A stretch of DNA of 64,000 nt from a virus, in IMG/VR virus record IMGVR_UViG_3300025087_000054, positions 1 through 64,000 of that record. The stretch is one strand, 5' to 3'. Below the pieces are notes generated by a model. It was not told the origin of the DNA and made no database searches. It saw only the letters and a list, made by a program, of their open reading frames with translations. This document shows positions 7,971 to 17,449 of this stretch, one piece after another. The translations under genes were made by a program, and so were the position numbers. The stretch's first letter is position 1. Each line of letters begins with the position of its first letter.

Positions 7971-10358
7971 GTGGCTAAAGCGTTACCTGCAATGTCGGAG
8001 AGTGCTGTTTTAAAAAGTTTGTATAAATCAGATATGGTAAAACGGTTTAGAACTGATATTAAAGATGCATTAGATTGGCAATGGAATGGACTAGCCCAAT
8101 CCAATTTGGTAGATAGTCTGTATGATAGATTTTTGCCTGTATTTGATCGTGTAAGACAGTCTAAAATAAATAATACTATAAATAAATCAAGTCCAACGAG
8201 ACGGGCCTTAAATCAAGCAATTTTATCGGGTAAAATAGAAAGTTTGGATAGGTTTCAGCGGTATGTATACGATAAAGTTACTGGTGAAATGCGAAAAGTG
8301 GGTAATTACTCAGGATATGATATGTCGCCAAAAACTTACTTATATACAGTAATGGAAAAAGGCGGGCAGGATGTTTTAAATAAATATTTGGGTATTGATA
8401 AGGTTCAGTTCAGTTTAACAAACTATGAGATGAAGGTATTAATTGATCAAAGGATTAGAACGCTTGTGAAAGGGGTAGATGATTATACGGCACGAAGATT
8501 TAGTGCACAATTAATAAAAGGTATGGAAAATGGCGAGTCTAAAAAGGAATTGGTAACTAGGCTAATGAATGTCGGTTCGGATATATCGGAGATAAGAGCG
8601 GAACGTATTGTACGTACTGAAACGACCGCGGCTGTTGAGTATATGAGGCACGAAACGGCAAGATTAAATGGGGTACAGTTTAAAACTTGGATAACGTCCA
8701 TGTATGATGTATGTATTGTATGCCGTCCTTTACATGGTCAAACAGTAGCAATTAATCAGATGTTTGATGGCGGGTTTGATATGCCACCGATTCATATTAA
8801 TTGTTTTGATAAGGATACGGAAGTATTAACAAACGAGGGTTGGAAATATTTTAATGATATACGTGGAACAGAGAAATGTTTAAGTGTAGATTTAACTACA
8901 TTGAATAGTGAATGGGTAGATATTAAACATAATATTAAGTATAAATTTACTGGCAATTTGTCTTGGTACAAAAATATTAGTACAGATATTATGGTAACAT
9001 CCGATCATAAACATGTAGTTAAGTTTAGAAAAAAGGCAAAAGGTAGACAGGATGCGGGAGTTTTTAAATTAGTATCTGATAATGAGTTACCAAAGCATGA
9101 TTTTAGTTTGTTAGGCACTATACCTAACTATATAGGAAAAAGTGCAGGTACAATTAAAATAGGGGATATTTTGTTTGATACAGCTACATTTTGTGAATTT
9201 TTAGGTTATTATTTATCAGAAGGTAGTATTACTTTACATAAAGGGCATGGTTGGCAAATTAATATTGCTCAGATTAAGCATAAAGAAATTATGGATAATT
9301 GTGCTAAAAAATTGTTCAAAACAGTATGGATTGGAAAAAAGTGTAGCAATATTCCGATTAAGGATGAGAAGATAGTGTTATGGTTTAAACAATTAGGATA
9401 TAGTTATGAAAAATTTATACCCGACTGTATAAAAGAATTAGCTAAAAAGTATCTTAATATACTTTTAGATGCTTATATTTTAGGTGATGGTCATATACAA
9501 AAAGGTACTTATTGGAAAGGGCATCAGTTTGGTAATAGACGAGCATATTTTACATCAAGTAAACGATTGGCGGATGATATAGGTGAATTGTTATTAAAGA
9601 TAGGAAAACGCCCATCATATAGGTTGCCAGAAAGACCGAAAAGTATAAAATTTAAAAATGGTACTTATTTACAAAAACATACTTGTTGGCGTATATACGA
9701 GAATAATAGTACAATGCCTAATAGGGATGGACTACGTAAAGAAATAGTCCCGTATAATGATTATGTTTATGACGTAGAGTTAGTAAAGTACCATACGTTA
9801 TTTGTTAGACGTAATGGTAAGGTATTATTGAGTGGTAATTGTGTATGTCATTTGGAATACGATTTTGCTAATAGTTTATGTGATCAATACTTATCAGGAG
9901 ATTTTGCAAAAAAATATGATTTTTATGATACGATAGATGCCGATTTTTCAGTTTGTGCAAATCCAGAGATGGTATGGAAAGGTGGAAACGGCGTTATTGG
10001 TAATGATAAATTAGGGTTAGCTTTTGCTACGGCATTAATTACAGTTGATGGTAAAGATCAGTATGAAAAAGGATGGCAAGAATTATCTTGGAATAAATTA
10101 GACGAGTTGGCGGAATATGCCGATGATTTGATTGAGGAATATGGGCAGGAGTTATACAAAGATATAAACAATTTTAGGGCGAAAGCGGAGACGACTATAT
10201 TATTAGATTCAGAGTCAAAATTAGCTTTGATGGGGTTATCAGATGCTCAGTTGCGTTTTGTATTGGCTCGTAGTAAGCTTACGGACGCGGGATTTGCTCA
10301 GTTATATAAAAAGCTAAAGTTTCGTGGACTTGTTAAACCGCGGAACTTTACTAAATAA
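7971..10358 (+). CDS. head morphogenesis protein (Mu gpF / SPP1 gp7 family), intein-containing
   Basis: RAERIVRTET, KTW, C.VCRPLHG, PP.H.NC.C motifs directly after portal. Confidence 0.88.
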   Translation: MAKALPAMSESAVLKSLYKSDMVKRFRTDIKDALDWQWNGLAQSNLVDSLYDRFLPVFDRVRQSKINNTINKSSPTRRALNQAILSGKIESLDRFQRYVYDKVTGEMRKVGNYSGYDMSPKTYLYTVMEKGGQDVLNKYLGIDKVQFSLTNYEMKVLIDQRIRTLVKGVDDYTARRFSAQLIKGMENGESKKELVTRLMNVGSDISEIRAERIVRTETTAAVEYMRHETARLNGVQFKTWITSMYDVCIVCRPLHGQTVAINQMFDGGFDMPPIHINCFDKDTEVLTNEGWKYFNDIRGTEKCLSVDLTTLNSEWVDIKHNIKYKFTGNLSWYKNISTDIMVTSDHKHVVKFRKKAKGRQDAGVFKLVSDNELPKHDFSLLGTIPNYIGKSAGTIKIGDILFDTATFCEFLGYYLSEGSITLHKGHGWQINIAQIKHKEIMDNCAKKLFKTVWIGKKCSNIPIKDEKIVLWFKQLGYSYEKFIPDCIKELAKKYLNILLDAYILGDGHIQKGTYWKGHQFGNRRAYFTSSKRLADDIGELLLKIGKRPSYRLPERPKSIKFKNGTYLQKHTCWRIYENNSTMPNRDGLRKEIVPYNDYVYDVELVKYHTLFVRRNGKVLLSGNCVCHLEYDFANSLCDQYLSGDFAKKYDFYDTIDADFSVCANPEMVWKGGNGVIGNDKLGLAFATALITVDGKDQYEKGWQELSWNKLDELAEYADDLIEEYGQELYKDINNFRAKAETTILLDSESKLALMGLSDAQLRFVLARSKLTDAGFAQLYKKLKFRGLVKPRNFTK
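8802..9839 (+). mobile_element. intein with LAGLIDADG homing endonuclease (346 aa)
   Basis: PPIHIN|CFDKDTEVLT...LSGN|CVC; FLGYYLSEGS and LDAYILGDG motifs. Confidence 0.92.
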
Positions 10359-10385
10359 ATTATTTTATTATTTAATTATTAAATT

Positions 10386-10781
10386 ATGCCAATAGATGTA
10401 TCACAATGGAAATATAAGGAATTTAGATGCCCTATTACGAATAAGTTACTATGTAAATATAAGGGCGTAGACGGGCAGATAGAGAAAAAGCACCCAACAA
10501 AACAGCATACATATTATTTTGGTCCGCTACGTGAGCATAAAGATAATGGACCAAAAGGGGTAAATTTTGCGAGCAGAGCGGTAACGTTGCGATGTCAAAA
10601 TAAAAATTGTGTACAAGTATTGGCAAAAGTTATCGGGTATGATTTAATATTAAAGGTAGATTGTCATAGATGTGGATTTGAGAATAGATTTGATTTAAAG
10701 GATGTACATAAAGAGCGTGTTAGAGTGTTATCGGAAACTAGTAAAAAAATCTATATACAAAGATTAAAGGAATTGTTTTGA
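10386..10781 (+). CDS. tandem zinc-ribbon protein, Mu Com-like
   Basis: FRCPITNKLLCKY...IEKKHP and LRCQNKNCVQVLAKV...LKVDCHRCGFEN resemble two Com-type ribbons. Confidence 0.65.
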   Translation: MPIDVSQWKYKEFRCPITNKLLCKYKGVDGQIEKKHPTKQHTYYFGPLREHKDNGPKGVNFASRAVTLRCQNKNCVQVLAKVIGYDLILKVDCHRCGFENRFDLKDVHKERVRVLSETSKKIYIQRLKELF

Positions 10782-10806
10782 CAATAGATAAAGTATACAG
10801 TAAATT
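10778..10806 (+). promoter_or_regulatory. sigma70-type promoter for head genes
   Basis: TTGACA-17-TAAATT; the -35 contains the TGA stop of the Com-like gene. Confidence 0.7.
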
Positions 10807-10832
10807 TATAGGTGTATAAAAAATTTGTTTGT

Positions 10833-10897
10833 TACGGGCAACTAACCCTGTAGCCTCCAAGAGAGGCCGACTAATATAGATATATAGTTGGTCTTTT
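10833..10897 (+). promoter_or_regulatory. structured leader / putative attenuator
   Basis: Hairpins TACGGG/CCTGTA and GCCTC/GAGGC; the second overlaps terminator-like GGCCGACTA/TAGTTGGTC-TTTT. Confidence 0.6.
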
Positions 10898-10925
10898 ATT
10901 TAATACTAAATAAAAATTTTATCTC

Positions 10926-13208
10926 ATGTTTAAACTTTTAATCCCAATAATTAAATCAGTTAAAAGTGCTGATCGTAATGTACTTATCGTTGAAGGTATT
11001 GCGTCAGATCCAACTATTGATAGGGACGAAGAAAGATTTAGTGAAGAGGCTGTTAAAAAAATGGCGGAGTCTGTTAATACAAAACAGATCCCAATACGTG
11101 TAGAACACGAAAATAAATTTTTTACGAATGTAGGTGTTTGGAAAACTGCGGAGATGGTGGGGGATAAGTTAAGAGTTACTGGTGAGATTGATTTAGACAT
11201 GTCTTTAGGTAAAGACATACAAGTAGTTTTAAATAAAGGATTGGGTATAGCGTTATCAGTTGGTGGGAGGGTTTTAGATGCAAGTATTGAATATGCACAA
11301 GATTTGGGCAAATCAATACGTGTATATAAGGACATGATATTAGATGAAATATCAGTAGTTTTAAATGCATCAAATAAATCGGCAACTTTGGCGATTGCTA
11401 AGTCGTACGATCCAGATAAACGGCAAGAAACCGCTGAGGCACAAGTATTAGCAGAAACAACAAAACAACTAATAGAAAAAACAGAAAATGAGGTGGATAT
11501 ACGTAAAAGTATATTGCCTTTTTTAATTGTACGTAATAAGAATATAAAGGCGGAGAAAGCAACAATGGAGGAGTTAATGTCAGTAATGTCGGGTGTATTT
11601 GAACGTGGGGTAACAAAATTTTGGGATGATGAGGTATGTAGTGAATATTGTTGTGAAGAAAAGCACGAATTAACACAAGAGGATATAGATTTAATTTGTT
11701 TGATAGTTAGAATAATGCAGGATATTGATGTATCTGAGGTGGTTAAACCAATTGCGTTAGAGGATTGGGATTTTGTGGGTAAATTGCCAGAAGAGAGTTT
11801 TGTAACAAGTTTAGACGGAAAATGGTTTCCGCATCATAATGCTGATTTTACTATTAATATGGAATGGCTAACTTATTGGTTAGCACATTTAGTTTCAGGA
11901 GCGGAAACTTGGCTTAGTCCTGAACAGTATGCGTTAGCATTAGATCATTTATATCATCATTTTAAATACATTACTATGGACAAAAAAATTAAAGCAGATG
12001 TCTCAAAGTCTGAGGCTACAAAGGCTGAAATGACTGGTGCAGAGACTGGCGAGTTATTTACTAAAGAGGTGGTTAGCTTAATGCAATCATCTTACGAATT
12101 TTATGTAAATAAAAGTGGGGAAAGGCCACAAGTGGACGGTAATGACTTGTCCAATACAGAGGTTAAAAGATTAGCGGAAGCGTATAGAACATATACAACA
12201 CGTAAAAGAGCACAGGAAACAGAAGGAGCTAAATTATTAAAACAACTTTGTCCAGATAGTCAGCCAGAACAGGTTACTAAGGACGAAATTTTATCTACTA
12301 ACGAAACGATTATGAAAGCAAAAGCAAAACCAGCTATGGATGCTAAAGCTACGGCAAAAAAACCAGTGATGGATGAAAAAATGACAAAAACTGAGGAAGT
12401 AAAAGAAGAGATTGCAGTTACGAAGGAAGGAGAAGAAGCACAAGTTGAAAATAAAGAGCCTGAAAAGGCAAAAGACGGTTCAGAGGAAGACGCTGAAAAA
12501 GCGGAAAAATCTGAGGCAGATGCGTCTATAAAAAAGGAAGCCGATACAGAAGATGCACCAGCAGACGGTACAGAATCTGAAAAACCATCTTTGGAAGAGT
12601 CTACAGAAACAAAAAAATCTGAGGACGAAGATGAAGATGCGGAATCCGAAGACACCGAAGAGGTGGAAGAGGATGGTGTTGAAAAAGCAGTTAAGGAACA
12701 GGTTACTAAAGCAATTGAGGCAATCAAAATTGAATTGGCAAAAACTGTTGCAGAACAAATTGCGGAAGTAGTTAAGCAGGCTACAGAATCAGCTACAAAA
12801 ATCATAGAGGGAAAAATGGCTGATTTAACAAAACAGTTTCAGCCTAAGATTGACAGTTTAAATAAAGATTTTACTGATTTGAGGGCAAGTGTGTCTCAGT
12901 CAGCGGAAACTTTAACTAAGTCAACGAAGGAAGAAACGGACAGATTTGCTAAAGTGGAGGGGAGTTTAGAAAAAATAACAAACACCATTGAAGTATTTGG
13001 TAAATCCGTATTAGGACGTAAAAGTGTAGCATCAGCTGAAATACGCAAAGCATTTGTACAAGATATTGTTGCAAAGGGAGATAGTAAAGATTTAACGGTT
13101 GGGCAACAAATTGATTCTTTAGTAGCAAAATTTGTTGATGAGGACAAAATGTTATGGCGAGATGCGTACTCAAAAGCAAAAAAGCAGGTATATGCTATTG
13201 AAGAATAG
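10926..13208 (+). CDS. prohead protease fused to acidic/coiled-coil scaffold
   Basis: N-terminal HK97-type protease (VEGIAS..IDRDEE, H, LSVGG, EISVV..ASN); E/K-rich C-terminal half; precedes capsid gene. Confidence 0.88.
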   Translation: MFKLLIPIIKSVKSADRNVLIVEGIASDPTIDRDEERFSEEAVKKMAESVNTKQIPIRVEHENKFFTNVGVWKTAEMVGDKLRVTGEIDLDMSLGKDIQVVLNKGLGIALSVGGRVLDASIEYAQDLGKSIRVYKDMILDEISVVLNASNKSATLAIAKSYDPDKRQETAEAQVLAETTKQLIEKTENEVDIRKSILPFLIVRNKNIKAEKATMEELMSVMSGVFERGVTKFWDDEVCSEYCCEEKHELTQEDIDLICLIVRIMQDIDVSEVVKPIALEDWDFVGKLPEESFVTSLDGKWFPHHNADFTINMEWLTYWLAHLVSGAETWLSPEQYALALDHLYHHFKYITMDKKIKADVSKSEATKAEMTGAETGELFTKEVVSLMQSSYEFYVNKSGERPQVDGNDLSNTEVKRLAEAYRTYTTRKRAQETEGAKLLKQLCPDSQPEQVTKDEILSTNETIMKAKAKPAMDAKATAKKPVMDEKMTKTEEVKEEIAVTKEGEEAQVENKEPEKAKDGSEEDAEKAEKSEADASIKKEADTEDAPADGTESEKPSLEESTETKKSEDEDEDAESEDTEEVEEDGVEKAVKEQVTKAIEAIKIELAKTVAEQIAEVVKQATESATKIIEGKMADLTKQFQPKIDSLNKDFTDLRASVSQSAETLTKSTKEETDRFAKVEGSLEKITNTIEVFGKSVLGRKSVASAEIRKAFVQDIVAKGDSKDLTVGQQIDSLVAKFVDEDKMLWRDAYSKAKKQVYAIEE

Positions 13209-13244
13209 CAAGTTATTTATTAACAATTTAAAAATTTAATTTTT

Positions 13245-14210
13245 ATGGACATACAAAAAACATTAGAAAAAGTTGAAAAAACTTTGTCTACTCCTACATA
13301 TATTGAAGGGGCGATACTAACAAGAGAAAATCTTGCCGCAGGTATTACTCGTTTAACAGATAAGGAAACACCTATCAGGGATATGTTAACTCGTAAAAAA
13401 GGTAGCGGTTTAGCAGCATCTTGGAATGTACTTACAGCAATTGGTACAGGCAACTCACCATTTGCGGAAGGAGGTACACCAACAGAAGATGACGCAACTT
13501 ACGCAAGATCAAGTGCGGTCTACAAAGAACTTGGTAAAACAAAAAGTGTTACCGATAAAATGTTGGCGGCTGGTAAAGACTTTATTGATCAAGAAGCAGA
13601 GCAAACAGAGGTAGCTATGCGTGAAGTAATCCAGGACGAAGAACAGCTTATCATAACAGGAGATACAGGGTCATCAGCTTTGGAATTTGATGGTATGCGT
13701 ACACTTATTACAACTAATGTAATAGATGACGCAAATGATTCTGCTGGGTTCCGATCGGACTTGTTAGATCAAGCAATTGAAACGTTATTAGACACTTATT
13801 CAGTCAGACCTACAGTTATTTGGGTGGGTTATGCAATGAAAAGAGCAATCAATCAATCATTGGCTGGTGATGTAAGAGTGAATCTGGATCAAGGTAATTT
13901 AGTATCTACAGGTGTTGAGGTAGGTAGCTATCAATCAATGGTAGGTAAAATCCCTTTTGTTGCATCTTATGCAATTGCAAAAGACAGTGATACTTATTCA
14001 GCTACACAAAATGCAGTATCAGATATTTATGTTATTACTCAAAAGACAAAAGGACAGGATGTCATTTATATGGAGGATTTATATGGAATGGGAAAAAGCA
14101 AACTAGACCGAACAGGAGCGGCAATCAAGTTTATGATAACTGAATGTACAGTTCTTGTTTGTAGAGCTGAACAGTTCAACGTAAGAATAGCTAATGTACA
14201 AGTTGAATAA
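13245..14210 (+). CDS. major capsid protein
   Basis: 321 aa after protease; ETPIRDML, AEGG.P, IITGD....EFDGM motifs of HK97-fold capsids. Confidence 0.88.
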   Translation: MDIQKTLEKVEKTLSTPTYIEGAILTRENLAAGITRLTDKETPIRDMLTRKKGSGLAASWNVLTAIGTGNSPFAEGGTPTEDDATYARSSAVYKELGKTKSVTDKMLAAGKDFIDQEAEQTEVAMREVIQDEEQLIITGDTGSSALEFDGMRTLITTNVIDDANDSAGFRSDLLDQAIETLLDTYSVRPTVIWVGYAMKRAINQSLAGDVRVNLDQGNLVSTGVEVGSYQSMVGKIPFVASYAIAKDSDTYSATQNAVSDIYVITQKTKGQDVIYMEDLYGMGKSKLDRTGAAIKFMITECTVLVCRAEQFNVRIANVQVE

Positions 14211-14238
14211 TTTGCACATTAAATAATTGTTCAGTTCA

Positions 14239-14362
14239 AGCCAATGCCCTTAATTACGTAATACTCAAAGGCAACCCCGATGAGTGAGCGAATATAGAGC
14301 ATTGGCTAAAAAATTAGGTACTATAGGATTTATTCCTATGTGGGTAATGCCCACGTATTTAA
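14239..14362 (+). ncRNA. candidate structured RNA downstream of capsid gene
   Basis: AGCCAATGC/GCATTGGCT stem enclosing ACTCA/TGAGT; then junction TTAGGTAC/GTATTTAA, ATAGGA/TCCTAT, GTGGGT/GCCCAC. Confidence 0.55.
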
Positions 14363-14382
14363 TACTTAAAATCTTAATTAAT

Positions 14383-15294
14383 ATGGGAAAAGAAAAATTA
14401 TTGTCCAAGACACTTGGGCAAATCAAAAAAGGATACGGATATGATACCCCTTTGGGTAAATGTCCAATGTATCAGGAAATGAAGAATGTAGCAACAGCTA
14501 GTTCCACTAGTGTGTTGGCGGCTACTACATTAGCAAATGGTGTGGAATCTGTAGTAACAGAGAATATTACTGATCCGTTACATTATAGGAATTTACGTGT
14601 AGTAGGTGGCAGTGCTAAAGTAGCTCAAGTTAATACATTAACGGTAGGTGGTACTTTTGAAGTAGGGGATATATTTTCAGTTACTATTAATGGGCATCAG
14701 GTAGTACACACGGTAGTAACAGAAGATACAGATAACGCTGGTATTGCTACAGCATTAAAAACATTAATAGATGCGTTGGCTGATTCAGCATATACTTGCT
14801 CAAGATCAAGTAATGTATTGACATTAACTGCGGCAGTGGCAGGGGTAGCGTTTACAGTTACCGCAAATAATGCAACTAATGGTGGATCAACTAATGATCA
14901 AACTTTTGTTAAGGTTGAAACTGTTGCCAATGTAGTGGGTACAAATGGTGTTGTAACAATCAAAGGTAGAGACTGGGCAGGAAGACGTATTGCTGAACAA
15001 TTAACTTTGAATGGGGCAACTGTAGTAGTAGGTAATATACCATTTATGAGTGTTTATGAAATTACTTTACCAGCTAGATCAGTATCGGGCGATACCGTGT
15101 CAGTCGGTTGCGGTGATAAATTAGGTTTATATAGACCAATACGAGTTACAGCAGATGTATTAAGTGTAAGATTAGGTGATTATTCAGAGGAAACAATAGC
15201 GGCAGTGGGAGCGTCTTATGGTACAGTAACACCAACAAATGTGCCAAATAATACTAGGGATTATAATGTAAGTTATTTGACTTATTTAGTTTAA
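14383..15294 (+). CDS. virion structural protein (decoration candidate) with inserted beta domain
   Basis: Thr/Val/Ala rich, follows capsid gene; start refined to MGKEK. Confidence 0.6.
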   Translation: MGKEKLLSKTLGQIKKGYGYDTPLGKCPMYQEMKNVATASSTSVLAATTLANGVESVVTENITDPLHYRNLRVVGGSAKVAQVNTLTVGGTFEVGDIFSVTINGHQVVHTVVTEDTDNAGIATALKTLIDALADSAYTCSRSSNVLTLTAAVAGVAFTVTANNATNGGSTNDQTFVKVETVANVVGTNGVVTIKGRDWAGRRIAEQLTLNGATVVVGNIPFMSVYEITLPARSVSGDTVSVGCGDKLGLYRPIRVTADVLSVRLGDYSEETIAAVGASYGTVTPTNVPNNTRDYNVSYLTYLV

Positions 15295-15298
15295 AAAC

Positions 15299-15327
15299 TT
15301 TACTAATGAAGAAAGGCTGGTTATAAT
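15299..15327 (+). promoter_or_regulatory. promoter (variant of conserved motif) overlapping terminator
   Basis: AAAAAC then TTTACT-17-TATAAT. Confidence 0.65.
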
Positions 15328-15343
15328 ACAACCAGCCTTTTTT
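15312..15343 (+). terminator. intrinsic terminator
   Basis: AAAGGCTGGTT-ataatac-AACCAGCCTTT-TTT. Confidence 0.85.
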
Positions 15344-15363
15344 ATTATATAAAAATTTTTATT

Positions 15364-15714
15364 ATGAAATTTATTCGTGTGAAAAGTGCATATAAAAACA
15401 TGAGATTAAATACGCCATTTGGGGTAGTGCAGTTTAAAGATGGGTTTGGGATTGTGGCAGAGGAATTTGTAAGTAGATTGAGTTCAGCGTATAAAATCAT
15501 AGGAGATGCCACTGAAAAAGAGGTACAGGAGGTTTATGATATTAAAGAGAAAAAAGAGGACACGGTTGTGGAGAAAGAACCCGTATTAAATAACGATCCG
15601 CAGATAACTTTTGATAACATAAGCGAAGATACAATTACTGTAGTAAATGACAGTAATAATGGATTAGTAGCTGATCCAATTATTAATGAAGAGGTACAAG
15701 TTGAAAATAAATAG
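15364..15714 (+). CDS. hypothetical head-region protein
   Basis: VQFKDGFG motif plus acidic tail. Confidence 0.55.
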   Translation: MKFIRVKSAYKNMRLNTPFGVVQFKDGFGIVAEEFVSRLSSAYKIIGDATEKEVQEVYDIKEKKEDTVVEKEPVLNNDPQITFDNISEDTITVVNDSNNGLVADPIINEEVQVENK

Positions 15715-15770
15715 TAGATAAGATATTAATAATTAAGTATACTATTTTTGGATATATTAATTTTTAGTCT

Positions 15771-16430
15771 ATGGCTTATGTAACTACAGATGAGATCAGA
15801 GAATCTAAGGTTGGCTTTGATTTTACAAATTATGAGGATAGTTTGTTAGAACTGTTGGAAACAGTAGCGGTCGATTTAATTGAAAAGCATACAAATAGGA
15901 TTTTTGGGGCGGGTGCTTATACAGATAATGGGTCGTCAATTATAGATTATGAGGGTAGATTATTAATCAAATTTAAAAATTACCCTGTAGACGCAATAAC
16001 AGATGTCCAGGTATGGGTAACAGGAATGTCAGATAAAATAGCTTTGAATACGGATAATATAGCTTTATTTACAAATTATGCTTATGTCCCAACAGCTATA
16101 GGTGATGTTGCTGAAGATGCTTATCCCTCAAGGATAGTATCTTTGCGATCAAAATTATTTTATCAGGTTACGTATTCAGTAGTCGAAGATGTTCCAGAGA
16201 CAGTGAAAAGGGCTGTTTGCATGGTGGTAGCAAATTTATTAAAAGCCGATTATTACGCACAAGAGGCGGGCATGTCGGGATCAGAGGATGGCGTGTCCAG
16301 TTTCAAAAGTGGGGAATACGAGGTAAAATTTAATAAACCATCAACGGAAAATGTATCTGATTCGTTATTAACAAATACAGTGAAGGTGTTGCTTAGGGCA
16401 TATACAAATGTTGGGATAAGTATTGCATAA
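15771..16430 (+). CDS. head-tail connector/adaptor
   Basis: MAYVT.DE, IE.HTNR.F, VPETVKRA motifs; synteny. Confidence 0.75.
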   Translation: MAYVTTDEIRESKVGFDFTNYEDSLLELLETVAVDLIEKHTNRIFGAGAYTDNGSSIIDYEGRLLIKFKNYPVDAITDVQVWVTGMSDKIALNTDNIALFTNYAYVPTAIGDVAEDAYPSRIVSLRSKLFYQVTYSVVEDVPETVKRAVCMVVANLLKADYYAQEAGMSGSEDGVSSFKSGEYEVKFNKPSTENVSDSLLTNTVKVLLRAYTNVGISIA

Positions 16431-16497
16431 AAAGATTTAACAAATATTTAATATAGTGTATAATATTAAGGCATTACCTTAATAATGAAACTATTAT

Positions 16498-16785
16498 ATG
16501 ATTATGATTGCAATATATATACTGTATTGTTATGTAATCCTACATATTGTGCAGGAGGTTAGATTAATAATTTACGAAATAAAGGAAGCACAATATAAGG
16601 AAAATAGTTTCCTTACGGTTAGGCATAAAAAAGAGCATTTAATTATGTTAATAATACTATTTTGTTTTTTAACGGTATCCGTTATATTAACACCGCAAGA
16701 TAGCGGTATAGTTGCTATATTAGGATTAGTGCTTGGTTTGATACTAATAGGTCATTTTGAGGATGAGAGATATGGTCGTTTATAA
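16498..16785 (+). CDS. small 3-TM membrane protein
   Basis: Hydrophobic segments. Confidence 0.55.
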   Translation: MIMIAIYILYCYVILHIVQEVRLIIYEIKEAQYKENSFLTVRHKKEHLIMLIILFCFLTVSVILTPQDSGIVAILGLVLGLILIGHFEDERYGRL

Positions 16786-17434
16786 TTTAATTATATTTTA
16801 TATAATGTTATCAATCCCAGGTATAGGTGAGGTAAATTACGGATTAGTTGCGGAAAATGTATTAGCCGCGGTAATATTATTGCCTTTAATATGGTATCTA
16901 ATGAGAACACAACGAATGGATTTTAGGGAAGCAATGAAGGGTTTTTTGGAAGGACAACAAGCAATAATTAAGGCTATAAAAATTGAGGGCTTACGTACAC
17001 GAAGAGCAATAGGGCATACAGTATTAAATGAAGAGCAAACCGCCAAATTATTACAGGAAAAAATGTGGTATGTATCACAACAAAAATTAGATTATATTAA
17101 GGAGGTATTAGTAAATAATCATCTGGAGGATAGAGAGGAGCAAGTAAAACGCAAAGTAGAGACAGAGTTAATAAGATTATCTGGATTATATGTATCAGAT
17201 ATGAATGCGTTTGTAACACCCATAGGGGAACTGGGTACTTGGGTTAGGGAAAATTTAGATATGAAATCGTTTTTAGTCGAGGTATTTGCAATAATATTTA
17301 GGAAACAGACGGGTAATTTTAGTCGGGAGGAGAACATAAATGTTAAATTATCTGATTTATCGGTTTTAATGAAAAGTGTTCAAAATAGATTAGTTGACGA
17401 ATTAAAACAATTTATGGACAATGGGAGTAATTAA
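16757..17434 (+). CDS. N-terminally anchored helical membrane protein (start uncertain)
   Basis: TM helix then helical soluble domain. Confidence 0.55.
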   Translation: MRMRDMVVYNLIIFYIMLSIPGIGEVNYGLVAENVLAAVILLPLIWYLMRTQRMDFREAMKGFLEGQQAIIKAIKIEGLRTRRAIGHTVLNEEQTAKLLQEKMWYVSQQKLDYIKEVLVNNHLEDREEQVKRKVETELIRLSGLYVSDMNAFVTPIGELGTWVRENLDMKSFLVEVFAIIFRKQTGNFSREENINVKLSDLSVLMKSVQNRLVDELKQFMDNGSN

Positions 17435-17449
17435 TAATTATATTAATAT

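Noticed and set aside
14277-14293. Hammerhead-like core CCGATGAG-tgag-CGAAT
   Set aside because: Deviates from CUGANGA/GAAA, stem II is 1 bp, no stem I can be built, and ACTCA/TGAGT pairing competes
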